Shown here: piece after piece, positions 19,938-30,200 of the stretch
Layout of the letters: every line of letters starts with the position of its first letter
Numbering within the stretch: position 1 is the stretch's first letter
Assembly (NCBI GenBank): GCA_963676795.2
Contig: CAXXTB010000002.1
Location: 1,504,001-1,568,000 of the forward strand
Direction: 5' to 3'
Origin: Geopsychrobacteraceae bacterium
Lineage (GTDB): Bacteria; Desulfobacterota; Desulfuromonadia; Desulfuromonadales; Geopsychrobacteraceae
DNA length: 64,000 nt
Program-made: the position numbers and the translations under genes
Notes under the pieces: model-generated
The model's input: the letters and a program-made list of their open reading frames with translations, nothing else
The model's database searches: none
What the model was told of the DNA's origin: nothing

Positions 19938-21557
19938 TTAACTATATGATTTCTTGCGTCCTGGAATCAGCGTGTCGCTGAGGAAGTTGTCATCATCTTT
20001 TTCCAGATAATCGATGGTGTAGTGCAGTCCGCGGCTCTCGTGGCGCTGCAGGGCACTTTCGACAATCAGCTTAGCGACAGTGGTGATGTTGCGCAGTTCG
20101 ATCAGATCGGAGGTCAACAGGAAGTTCCAGTAATATTCGTCGATTTCATGCTGAACCAGGTTGATGCGGCTTAAGGCCCGCTGCAGGCGTTTGGTCGAGC
20201 GGACAATGCCGACATAATTCCACATGCAGCGGCGGATCTCGTCCCAGTTGTGGGCGACGACAACCTCTTCATCGCTGTTGGTCGCTTTACCGCTGTCCCA
20301 GATCGGTATCGGCAGGTTTAGCGCCTCGGGTGACGGATCCAGCTCAATTCTGGCCAGGCAGGTCTGGGCGGCCCACTTGGCAAAGACAATTCCTTCGAGC
20401 AGACTGTTACTGGCCAGGCGGTTGGCGCCATGCAGGCCGGTGCAGGCAACCTCGCCGATGGCAAACAGGTTGCGGATGTTGGTTTCTCCGTTACTGTCGG
20501 TTTTGAGTCCGCCACAGAGATAGTGGGCAGCAGGGACAACCGGGATCGCCTCTTTTGTCATGTCGATGCCAAAGCTCAGGCAGGTCTCGTAGATTGTTGG
20601 AAAGTGATCTTTGATGAAATCGGCACCTTTGTGGGTGATGTCGAGGAACATGCAGTCCTCGCCATACTTCTTCATCTCGCTGTCGATCGCCCTGGCTACG
20701 ATGTCACGCGGAGCGAGATCCTTGAGCTGGTGATACTTGTCCATGAAAGCCTGGCCGTCAGCCCGGCGCAGGATTCCACCTTCACCGCGCACCGCCTCTG
20801 AAATCAGGAATGACTTGGCATGTGGGTGAAAGAGGGTTGTCGGGTGGAACTGCATGAACTCCATATTGGCCACATCGGCTCCGGCCCGCCAGCCAATGGC
20901 GACGCCGTCTCCGGTTGCGATATCGGGATTGCAGGTAAAGAGATAAACCTTGCCTGCGCCTCCGGTTGCCAGGATGGTGAAGCGGGCACCAAAAGTATCG
21001 ACCTGGCCAGTCTGTTTGTCCAGGATATAGGCCCCCAGGCAGCGGTTCTGCTCCAGGTTTTTCCTGCGCAGTTTCGCTTCGGTAATCAGGTCGACTGCAA
21101 TATGGTCTTCATAGAGAGTGATGTTTGGATGAGCAGAAGCCGCTTCAACCAGTGCCCGTTCGATTTCGCGGCCGGTTGCGTCCTTGGCGTGAAGAATCCG
21201 CCTGTGGCTGTGACCGCCTTCCCGGGTCAGGGAATATTTATTATCCTCATTGCGGCTGAACTGGACTCCCCAGTCGATCAGGTTGTGAATCGCTTCCGGA
21301 CCTGCCTTGACAACCTTCTCGACAATCTCCCGGTGGGGGAGGTGGGCTCCGGCGACCATGGTGTCTTCGACATGTGATTCGAAGCTGTCCTCTGCGGAGA
21401 AGACCGTGGCGATGCCACCCTGGGCGAGTTGGGTTGCGGTCACGTCGATGTCGCGTTTTGTGATCAGGGCGACGGTGCCCTGGTCGGCGACCTTCAGGGC
21501 GTAGGAGAGACCGGCGATGCCGCTGCCGATGACCAAAAAGTCGGTGGAAATCTTCAT
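19938..21557 (-). CDS. nadB: L-aspartate oxidase
   Basis: VIGSGIAG, AQGGI, REGGHSHRRILH, QFHPT, GLHGANRLASNSLLE; ATG at 21557. Confidence 0.96.
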   Translation of the reverse strand: MKISTDFLVIGSGIAGLSYALKVADQGTVALITKRDIDVTATQLAQGGIATVFSAEDSFESHVEDTMVAGAHLPHREIVEKVVKAGPEAIHNLIDWGVQFSRNEDNKYSLTREGGHSHRRILHAKDATGREIERALVEAASAHPNITLYEDHIAVDLITEAKLRRKNLEQNRCLGAYILDKQTGQVDTFGARFTILATGGAGKVYLFTCNPDIATGDGVAIGWRAGADVANMEFMQFHPTTLFHPHAKSFLISEAVRGEGGILRRADGQAFMDKYHQLKDLAPRDIVARAIDSEMKKYGEDCMFLDITHKGADFIKDHFPTIYETCLSFGIDMTKEAIPVVPAAHYLCGGLKTDSNGETNIRNLFAIGEVACTGLHGANRLASNSLLEGIVFAKWAAQTCLARIELDPSPEALNLPIPIWDSGKATNSDEEVVVAHNWDEIRRCMWNYVGIVRSTKRLQRALSRINLVQHEIDEYYWNFLLTSDLIELRNITTVAKLIVESALQRHESRGLHYTIDYLEKDDDNFLSDTLIPGRKKSYS

Positions 21558-21691
21558 GGTATGGATATCCTGCTGTATCAACGAGGAAAAATAAGTGGTC
21601 GGCATTATCGGTTCCGGATGGCTGAATGTCAAGCAACTGTCGGGAAATGTGCAGACTTGACAGGGATTGGTTCTGGAGTTATAAAACTCTC

Positions 21692-22282
21692 ATGATTAGA
21701 TCTCTCAAATATAGTATTGTACTTATCGTCATTGTCTTGCTTATGGCCGCTGTCCAGGATCTGTCCGCAGCGATCTATCGCTATATCGATGAGCAGGGGT
21801 CTGTTCATTTCACCAACGTGCCAACCTCCAGTAAATTCAAGTATTACATCGGTGAGAAGCAGGATTCAGATAATCTTCCTGTGCCATCGATCGACAGACT
21901 GATAGAGGTCAGCGCCCGGCGTTTTCGGCTCGACTCGGCCCTGATCAGGGCGGTTATCAAGGTGGAAAGCGATTTTGATCCCAGTGTTATCTCCAGCAAG
22001 GGGGCGAGGGGGTTGATGCAATTGATGCCGGAGACGGCCCGCGAGGTCGGTGTCCTTGATCCTTTTGACCCGTCGGAAGCGATTCACGGAGGATCGAAGT
22101 ATTTACGCAAAATGCTTGATTCTTTCGATTCAAACCTTGATTATGCTTTGGCTGCTTATAATGCGGGGCCGAATGCTGTGCGTAAATACGGTGGAATTCC
22201 ACCGTATCAGGAAACACAGAATTATGTTAAAAAGGTTCGGCATTATTTTGATTATTACAGTCGTCAAAAGGATTCAATCTGA
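21692..22282 (+). CDS. Lytic transglycosylase (SLT domain) with N-terminal DUF4124-like segment
   Basis: AVIKVES, GARGLMQLMP, ALAAYNAG, ETQNYV; signal/TM segment then IYRYID..G.VHFTN. Confidence 0.9.
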   Translation: MIRSLKYSIVLIVIVLLMAAVQDLSAAIYRYIDEQGSVHFTNVPTSSKFKYYIGEKQDSDNLPVPSIDRLIEVSARRFRLDSALIRAVIKVESDFDPSVISSKGARGLMQLMPETAREVGVLDPFDPSEAIHGGSKYLRKMLDSFDSNLDYALAAYNAGPNAVRKYGGIPPYQETQNYVKKVRHYFDYYSRQKDSI

Positions 22283-22866
22283 TGTCCCAGTCAAACCTGC
22301 TGAACCTTCCGAATATCCTGACTTTATCGCGTTTGGCCGCAATTCCGGTCGTTGTTCTGCTGCTTCAGTTTGAATCCAAAACAACCTGTCTGTGGGCCGC
22401 GGTTATCTTTACCCTGGCAGCCATTACCGATTGGCTTGATGGCTTCCTGGCCAGGCGGATGGGGATCGTCACGGTCCTCGGCAAGTTTCTCGATCCGTTG
22501 GCCGATAAACTGATTGTCATGGCGGCGCTGATCATGTTGATTCCTCTCGACCGGGTTCCGGCCTGGGCGGTCTTTGTTATTCTGGCACGAGAAATTACGG
22601 TCACCGGAATTCGTTCCATCGCCTCGGCCGAGGGGGTTGTTATTGCGGCGAGTGATCTTGGGAAATATAAGACCACCTTCCAGATGGTTGCAATCATTGC
22701 TCTTTTGCTGCATTACCGCTACTACTGGTTCTTTGGGGTCCAGTCGGATCTGCTCTATCCATCTCTGCACAATACCGGGATCTTTCTCTTTTATATCTCG
22801 CTGATTCTGACAATCTGGTCGGGGGCTGATTACTTCTTCAAGTTTTTCAAAGTCTTTGCTCGTTAA
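22282..22866 (+). CDS. pgsA: CDP-diacylglycerol--glycerol-3-phosphate 3-phosphatidyltransferase
   Basis: NLPNILT, TDWLDGFLAR...GKFLDPLADK. Confidence 0.95.
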   Translation: MSQSNLLNLPNILTLSRLAAIPVVVLLLQFESKTTCLWAAVIFTLAAITDWLDGFLARRMGIVTVLGKFLDPLADKLIVMAALIMLIPLDRVPAWAVFVILAREITVTGIRSIASAEGVVIAASDLGKYKTTFQMVAIIALLLHYRYYWFFGVQSDLLYPSLHNTGIFLFYISLILTIWSGADYFFKFFKVFAR

Positions 22867-22978
22867 TCAACTTGTTGATTTTATTGAGATTTTAAAACTT
22901 GAAAAAAGAATAAATTTTTATTGACACTCTTCGAAGCGTTTTGCTATACATACACCCGCTTCGACGACAGGTCGTTGA

Positions 22979-23053
<75 letters not shown>

Positions 23054-23108
23054 TTTAAATATATCTGTCTCGATCAATCTGGCTGAAAAGCTCCGTAGTG
23101 AAATTTAA

Positions 23109-23183
<75 letters not shown>

Positions 23184-23225
23184 TTTCATTACGATCTAGG
23201 CTAGATGCTTTTGCGCTAACACTCT

Positions 23226-23300
<75 letters not shown>

Positions 23301-23305
23301 TATTC

Positions 23306-23337
23306 AAAAAAAGACCAGCCTCAGCTGGTCTTTTTTT
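23306..23337. terminator. Bidirectional terminator after the tRNA-Gly cluster
   Basis: A-run-GACCAGC-ctca-GCTGGTC-T-run. Confidence 0.85.
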
Positions 23338-23343
23338 GTCGTT

Positions 23344-24582
23344 TTACTTGTTCCTCGCTTCTTTTTCGTCGGTTAATGTTGCAGCAGTGTGGCATTGCTT
23401 CAATTCAAGCTCGATAATCCTGAAAATTTCACTATCCAGTTTCTTTGCATTGACCTGTATTTTGATGATATCACTGATTTCCTCAGGTATCAGGGCCTTT
23501 CTGTAGGGTCTGTTCTGGGCCAGCGCCTGGAAGATGTCGGCGAGCATGACAATTCTTGATTCGATACCAATTTCACCGGCGCTCTTCTTGAACGGATAGC
23601 CGCTGCCATCGAGTTTTTCATGATGATCTGACGCCCAGCGGGAAATCTCCTCAAGTCCGCCGATCCGGCCCAGAATTCTGTAGGTAATATAACTGTGATG
23701 ACGCATGGCTGCGAGACTGTCGCCTTCAAGGCTGTTTTTACTCTCGAGGATATCGTCGGCAACATTGAGTTTGCCGAGATCGTGGAGGAGGGCTGCCAGT
23801 TCAATTTTGTTGACTGTCTCTTTGTCAAGTTGGCAGCGTGTTGCCAGATAACGCGATAGCCCGGCAACGCCGAACGAGTGTTCAGCGGTGTAGGGGCTTT
23901 TGGCATCGACGATTTCGGCGAACAGGCGACCCATGGCAAACAGTTGATTGCTATCCAGTTCTTCAAAGGTGGATGTCGGCGGGCGGAATTGCAGAGATGC
24001 CTGCAGGTAGTGATCCTCCTGTGAGATCCAGAACGCTTCCTGGTCAGCAACACTGAGTAGCGCATCAACGAGCTCGGGTGAAAAATAGCTGTTCCTCAGT
24101 TTGGCGATTTTGTTGCAGATGGTTTCGCGCGCCGCCAGTCTGCTCGTTCTATTATAATAGGCTGTCAACGCGTCTATGCGGTCGGTCAGAAAGATCAGGT
24201 TGCTGATTGTTTTTGTGGAGGGGGCGAGATCGGTTTCGGTCAGATCTTCCCAGCGACTGTGGTGGTGGCGGATGATGTCGACGTAGCGATGCAGGGGCGG
24301 AAACTGGCTCAGTCGATTTGCACCGGTGACGCAGTGCTGATTGGACTCGCTCCAGTCGAGCTCATCGACCAGTTTTTTGTGGACTTTGGTTGAGGATACG
24401 CCGCAGTCGTGGATCAGCCCGGCCCGGTAGATGAATTTTTGTTGATCCTCTGACACGCCCAGTGCTCTGGCGCATTCTGTCGCCATATAGCCGACTCTTT
24501 TGCCATGGTTGAAGTCATCGATGCCTACCAGGTCGAGAGAGTCTGAAAGGGCATAGATGAATTGGTCGTAGTCGATTTTCAT
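23344..24582 (-). CDS. Tandem HD / HD-GYP domain phosphohydrolase (putative cyclic-dinucleotide phosphodiesterase)
   Basis: N-terminal HGKRV..IHDCG..IRHHH; C-terminal HS..LHDLGK..HHEKLDGSGYP..ADIFQAL..NRPYR. Confidence 0.88.
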   Translation of the reverse strand: MKIDYDQFIYALSDSLDLVGIDDFNHGKRVGYMATECARALGVSEDQQKFIYRAGLIHDCGVSSTKVHKKLVDELDWSESNQHCVTGANRLSQFPPLHRYVDIIRHHHSRWEDLTETDLAPSTKTISNLIFLTDRIDALTAYYNRTSRLAARETICNKIAKLRNSYFSPELVDALLSVADQEAFWISQEDHYLQASLQFRPPTSTFEELDSNQLFAMGRLFAEIVDAKSPYTAEHSFGVAGLSRYLATRCQLDKETVNKIELAALLHDLGKLNVADDILESKNSLEGDSLAAMRHHSYITYRILGRIGGLEEISRWASDHHEKLDGSGYPFKKSAGEIGIESRIVMLADIFQALAQNRPYRKALIPEEISDIIKIQVNAKKLDSEIFRIIELELKQCHTAATLTDEKEARNK

Positions 24583-24846
24583 TTTTTATCCTGTCCTGAT
24601 TGTGTCACTCTGTTCTCTGATCAGTCTAGCAGGGATTGGGAAATATGCCTGCTTTGACTTGTTGTTGTCATGAGATTGGGTGGGCGCCAGTCTGCGGTTC
24701 GGTTGACAGCCGGGCGTGTCGTTTCCGATGTTTTCTGATATTGTTAGAAGCAGGCCATTTGTTTTCCTCGGGGCTTGCGGATTCGGTTAATAAATGACAT
24801 TATCTCAGGCCTTGTTTTGTATAGCTCTTCCGGTTCAGGGGTGACA

Positions 24847-25704
24847 ATGCACATTGTACGTGCCACGAGCGCAGGCTTCTGTATGGGGGTCAGTCTTGCG
24901 CTGCGCAAGTTGGATGAAAAGATCGCTCAGCAGTCTGATACTGAGAATATCTATATCCTGGGTTCGATTATTCATAATCCCCAGGTTGTCAGTGATTATG
25001 CCGCCAAGGGGGTTCGGACGGTGCGGCAACCGGAAGAGATACCGCCGGGTGCAACGGTCGTTGTCCGGGCTCATGGTATTACCCGCCAGGTTGAGGCGGC
25101 ACTGGTGGAGCGTGGCGTTGAGATCATCGATGCGACCTGTCCCAAGGTGAAGGCTGCCTGCCTGAAGATCGAAAAATGTACCGAGGGCGGACGGATCCTC
25201 CTTCTTTATGGTGAGTCTGCCCACCCCGAGGTGAAATGCCTTCTCAGTTACGCTCAGGGGGAGGCTTGCGTGTTTGACAGCCCGGATCAACTGCATGTTG
25301 AATCTCTCGATTCAGCTAAAAAATACTGCCTGGCTGCCCAGACAACTCAGGACCGGGCGCTTTTTGAACAGACCGTGGCTCGTTTGCAGGCACGGGATGA
25401 TCTGGATATGACCATTCAGAATACGATCTGTGATGCGACCCGTAGGCGTCAGGGTGAAGCGGTTGAGCTTGCCAGAGAGGTTGACCTGTTTATTGTTGCA
25501 GGAGGATATAACAGCAGTAATACCAGACGCCTGGCCGAGGTCATTGAAGCGCAGGGGACAAAAGCGATTCACGTTGAAACGGCAGCCGAACTGTCTGTCG
25601 CTGAGCTGAAGCAGTATCAACGGATCGGTCTGACCGCGGGGGCTTCGACGCCCAAGCAGATTATTGATGAAATCGAGCAGTTATTGAATTCTCTTCAGGG
25701 GTAA
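24847..25704 (+). CDS. ispH: 4-hydroxy-3-methylbut-2-enyl diphosphate reductase
   Basis: GFC, IIHN, RAHG, DATCP, HPEV, QTT, TICDAT, SSN and TAGAST all present. Confidence 0.93.
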   Translation: MHIVRATSAGFCMGVSLALRKLDEKIAQQSDTENIYILGSIIHNPQVVSDYAAKGVRTVRQPEEIPPGATVVVRAHGITRQVEAALVERGVEIIDATCPKVKAACLKIEKCTEGGRILLLYGESAHPEVKCLLSYAQGEACVFDSPDQLHVESLDSAKKYCLAAQTTQDRALFEQTVARLQARDDLDMTIQNTICDATRRRQGEAVELAREVDLFIVAGGYNSSNTRRLAEVIEAQGTKAIHVETAAELSVAELKQYQRIGLTAGASTPKQIIDEIEQLLNSLQG

Positions 25705-25710
25705 ATCAGT

Positions 25711-27288
25711 TTGCAGAAAGACGCTGTAAATCTATCAGGCCAGTCGCTGGCCTTCGCTGAAACCTGTTCGGATCCGGACGGGCTTTTCACTAAATTACAC
25801 CAGATCAACCGTCCGCTTGTGCTAGGTGCCGACTATGCCGACGCCCAGGGGGACAAGAGTGTCGGGGTGGTCCTGCCAGTTCCGTTATCCACATTCGGTG
25901 ACAGCTCATTTGTCGCGGACCATCGGCTGCGTTACGCTTATGTCGGTGGCTCCATGGCCAAGGGGATCAGCTCGGTTGCCTTGGTCAGTGCCCTGGGCCG
26001 AGCCGGTATGCTCGGTTTCTTCGGCTCTGCCGGACTGAGTCTTGAGCAGGTAGAAGGTGCGCTGGATCAGTTGCAGCAGGAGCCTGATATGCCGTTTGGC
26101 TGTAACCTGATTCACAGCCCGACAGAGCCTGAACTCGAGCGCTCGCTGGTCGATCTTTATCTGCGCCGGGGTGTGCGCCTGCTTGAAGCTTCAGCTTTTC
26201 TGGCCCTGACCCTGCCGGTCGTGCGCTTCCGGACTCAGGGTATCTATCGCGATACGCAGGGGCAGGTTGTTACGCCGAACCGCCTGATCGCCAAGGTTTC
26301 GCGTGAGGAGGTCGCCGCCCAGTTTTTTGCGCCGCCGCCGGAAAAGATGCTGCGTGAACTGGTTACGCAGGGTGATCTGAGCGAAGATCAGGCGCTTATG
26401 GCCGCAGAGATTCCGATGGCGCAGGACGTAACGGCAGAAGCTGATTCGGGTGGACATACCGACAATCGACCGGCTCTGGCTCTGTTGCCGACTCTGCTGG
26501 CCCAGAAAGAGCAGTTCCAGAAAAAGTACAACTATCGCCAGCGCCTGCGCGTCGGCCTCGGTGGCGGGATCGCCACTCCCTCTGCGGCACTGGCTGCCTT
26601 TACAATGGGTGCTGCCTACCTGGTGACCGGCACGGTCAATCAGGCCTGCGTCGAATCAGGCACCTGTGACGATGTGCGCAAACTGCTCGCTGAAACCCGC
26701 CAGGCCGACATTACCATGGCTCCATCGGGCGATATGTTTGAACTGGGGGTCAAGGTCCAGGTGGTCAAGCGCGGTACCATGTTTGCGGTCCGCGCCCATA
26801 AACTGTATGAGCTTTACCGGACCTATGGCGGTATCGACAGTCTGCCCGCCGATGAACGCGCCAAGCTCGAAAAGACCTTTTTCATGGCCCCTCTGGAAGA
26901 AATCTGGCAACAGACCAAAGGCTATTTCAATATTCGCGATCCGCGTCAGGTCGTCAAGGCCGAGTCCGATCCGAAATACAAAATGGCCCTGGTCTTTCGC
27001 TGGTACCTTGGTCAGTCGCCGGTCTGGGCCAACAGCGGCAATCCTGAGCGCAAAATCGATTATCAGATCTGGTGCGGACCCGCCATGGGCGCCTTCAATG
27101 AATGGGCGCGCGGCAGTTTTCTCGAAGATCCGGCTCAGCGCCGTGTTGTGACGGTCGCCTATAATATCCTCTATGGTGCTGCGGTTATGCAGCGTGCCAA
27201 CCAACTGAAAATGCAGGGCGGGCGGGCTGCCAGCTCTTTTGCGGTTTCGCCATTGCCGCTTGAGCAGATTGAGGAGTTTCTGAAATGA
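25711..27288 (+). CDS. pfaD: PUFA synthase enoyl reductase (FabK-like)
   Basis: GSMAKGIS, NLIHSP, EASAF, AKVSREEV, EADSGGHTDNRP, QIWCGPAMGAFN. Confidence 0.95.
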   Translation: MQKDAVNLSGQSLAFAETCSDPDGLFTKLHQINRPLVLGADYADAQGDKSVGVVLPVPLSTFGDSSFVADHRLRYAYVGGSMAKGISSVALVSALGRAGMLGFFGSAGLSLEQVEGALDQLQQEPDMPFGCNLIHSPTEPELERSLVDLYLRRGVRLLEASAFLALTLPVVRFRTQGIYRDTQGQVVTPNRLIAKVSREEVAAQFFAPPPEKMLRELVTQGDLSEDQALMAAEIPMAQDVTAEADSGGHTDNRPALALLPTLLAQKEQFQKKYNYRQRLRVGLGGGIATPSAALAAFTMGAAYLVTGTVNQACVESGTCDDVRKLLAETRQADITMAPSGDMFELGVKVQVVKRGTMFAVRAHKLYELYRTYGGIDSLPADERAKLEKTFFMAPLEEIWQQTKGYFNIRDPRQVVKAESDPKYKMALVFRWYLGQSPVWANSGNPERKIDYQIWCGPAMGAFNEWARGSFLEDPAQRRVVTVAYNILYGAAVMQRANQLKMQGGRAASSFAVSPLPLEQIEEFLK

Positions 27289-30200
27289 CAAAGTCCATGC
27301 AGCAACGAAACGAAACCGTGCCGAATGTCCCGCTGGCGATCGTCGGGATAGGTTGTATCTTTCCTCAGGCGGATAACCCGGGCGCTTTCTGGACCAATAT
27401 CAAAACCGGTGTCGACTGTATCAGCGAAGTCCCTGAAACCCACTGGAAGGCGAGTGACTATTACGACAGTGATCCGAAGTGCCCGGATCACGTCTACGCC
27501 AAGATGGGCGGTTTCCTGTCGCCGGTCAAATTCAACCCGATGGATTACGGTATCCTGCCGAACGCCCTGGAGGCGATTGATACCTCACAACTGCTCGGCC
27601 TGCTGGCCGTCGAACAGGCGCTCAGGGATGCCGGCTATACGGCCGAACGCGAATTCGACCGCGACCAGGTCAGCGTCATCCTCGGTGTCACCGGCACCCT
27701 GGAACTGGTCATTCCGCTCGGGGCACGGCTCAGCCATCCCAAGTGGCGCGAAGCTTTAGAGGACGCCGGGGTCGATGAAGAGCTGGTCACGGATATCATG
27801 CAGCGGCTTAGTGATTCCTACGTGCCCTGGCAGGAAAACTCGTTCCCCGGGTTGCTCGGCAACGTCGTCGCCGGGCGGATCAGCAAGCATTTCAATTTCG
27901 GCGGTACCAACTGTGTCGTCGACGCCGCCTGCGGCAGTTCGCTCAGCGCGATCAATCTGGCGGCCCTTGAGCTCTCCTCCGGCAAGGCCGATATGGTCGT
28001 CACCGGCGGCATTGACACCTTCAACGACGTCTTCATGTATACCTGTTTCAGTAAGACTCCGGCGCTTTCCCCTTCGGGGCATGCGAGGCCTTACGCCGAT
28101 AACGCCGACGGGACGACCCTTGGTGAAGGGCTCGGCGTGGTGGTCCTCAAGCGTCTGGCCGATGCCGAGCGGGATGGCGACAAAATCTACGCGGTCATCA
28201 AGGGGATCGGGTCGTCGAGTGACGGACGCGGTGGAGCGATCTATGAACCGAATGCCAACGGCCAGACCAAGGCCCTGCGGCGTGCCTATCAGCAAGCCGG
28301 GATTGAGCCGGATTCGGTCGAGCTGATAGAAGGACACGGTACCGGGACCAGGGTCGGCGATGCCATCGAGGTCTCCGCCCTCAAGCAGGTGTTCGGCGCG
28401 GCCGACAAACCATGGTGTGCTCTGGGCTCGGTCAAATCGCAGATCGGCCATACCAAGGCCGCTGCCGGCTCGGCTGGCATCATCAAAGCGGCCTTGGCGC
28501 TCTATCACAAGGTGTTGCCGCAGTCGATCAAGGCCGAGCAGCCACAGCAGATCCTGCTCGATGCCGGCTCTCCATTTTACCTGAACAGCAAGACCCGCCC
28601 CTGGCTCTCCAGAACCGGTCAGCCGCGCCGCGCCGGCGTCAGTGCGCTCGGTTTCGGCGGGAGTAACTTTCATTGCCTGCTCGAAGAGTATCGTGCCGAG
28701 AAGCTGGCCGTTGATTGGAACGCTGCCGTTCAGATCCTGCCGCTGTGCTGGAGCGATGCGGAAACGCTCGATGCCCAGCTTGGTTCTCTTGAGCAGGTGT
28801 CCGACTGGCACGGCCTGCGGTGCTTTGCCGCCGCTCAGCGGCAAGTTTTTTTGACAGATGCGGACAAGCGGCTGGTCGCGGTCGTCGAGAAGCATTCCTT
28901 CTCTGCTGCTGATTTGGCTGAAAAACTCAGACGTCTCTGCGCGCAGGCCGGAGAGAAAGACTATCTGGAGGCGCCGGAAGGCCTCTATTTTTCACAAAGC
29001 AAAATCGATGGTGAGCTCGCTTTCCTGTTCCCCGGCCAGGGGACTCAGTATCCGGATATGCTCGCTGATCTGGTCGTACAGTTTCCCGAATTCTTCACAA
29101 CTCTGGTTCACTTTGACGGCCAGTTCGCCGCTTTGACAGAACAGTGTTCAGGTCGTTTCGCCGATCTTATCTACCCGCCGCCGCGCTTCAGCGGTGAAGA
29201 GAGAACCCGGGACAATGAGGCGCTGCGCCAAACCGAAAATGCCCAGCCGGCGATCGGTACTGTCAGTTATGCTGCTACCCAGGTCCTGCAGCGTTTCGGG
29301 GTTGTCCCCCAGGCTGTAGCCGGGCACAGCTACGGCGAGCTGGTTGCTCTTGCCTGCGCAGGCGTGATGAGCGCCGAACAGCTGTTTGAGCTTTCCCGGC
29401 TGCGCGGCGAAGCGATGGCCGCAGGAGAGGGCGATCGCGGGAGCATGCTGGCCGTATCTGCGCCGCTTGAAACAATCGAAAGCTTCCTGCGCGGCTCAGG
29501 GCTCAAGCTGGTGCTGGCCAATCGCAATACCCCGACTCAGGGAGTCCTTTCCGGCGCATCGGATGAGATCGAAAAGGCCGCTCAACGACTCAGCGGCGAG
29601 GGGATCACGACAACCCGTCTGAACGTTGCAGCAGCATTTCACAGCGAACTCGTCGCTTCGGCCATTGTTCCGCTTTCCAAACGTCTGGGTGAAATGAAGC
29701 TGGCTGCCCCGCAGTTGAAGGTTTACGCCAATACGACCGGTGTGCAGTACCCTTACGGCGAAGAGAACATTAAACAGCTGCTCGCCCAGCAGTTGGCCCG
29801 GCCGGTAAACTTTGTCGCTGAAATCGAGAACCTTTACCGTCAGGGAGCGCGGGTCTTTGTCGAAGTCGGTCCCGGCGCGCGTCTGTCATCGATGGTCAAG
29901 GCGATCCTGGGCAAGCAGTCCTACCATGCACTGGCCCTTGATTCATCCGCAGGTAAACGTTCGGGGATCGTGGATCTGGCGCGGTTGCTGGCTCAGTGTG
30001 CAGCCCTTGGTCTGCCGCTGACCCTGTCAGCCTGGGATGCCGATTTCGCTTTACCCGCAGAACCCGAGAAGAAGGGGGGGCTGGTCGTTGAGCTGACCGG
30101 CGCCAATCAGTTCAGGAAAAAAGAAAAACGCCCACCATTAGTCAGAAAGAAGGCTCCTGTGTCGCAACAGAACACGGATATCGATAGACGAGTTCAGACT

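Noticed and set aside
24583..24846. Riboswitch or FabR-like operator upstream of ispH-pfa
   Set aside because: No recognisable consensus or strong palindrome found by eye.
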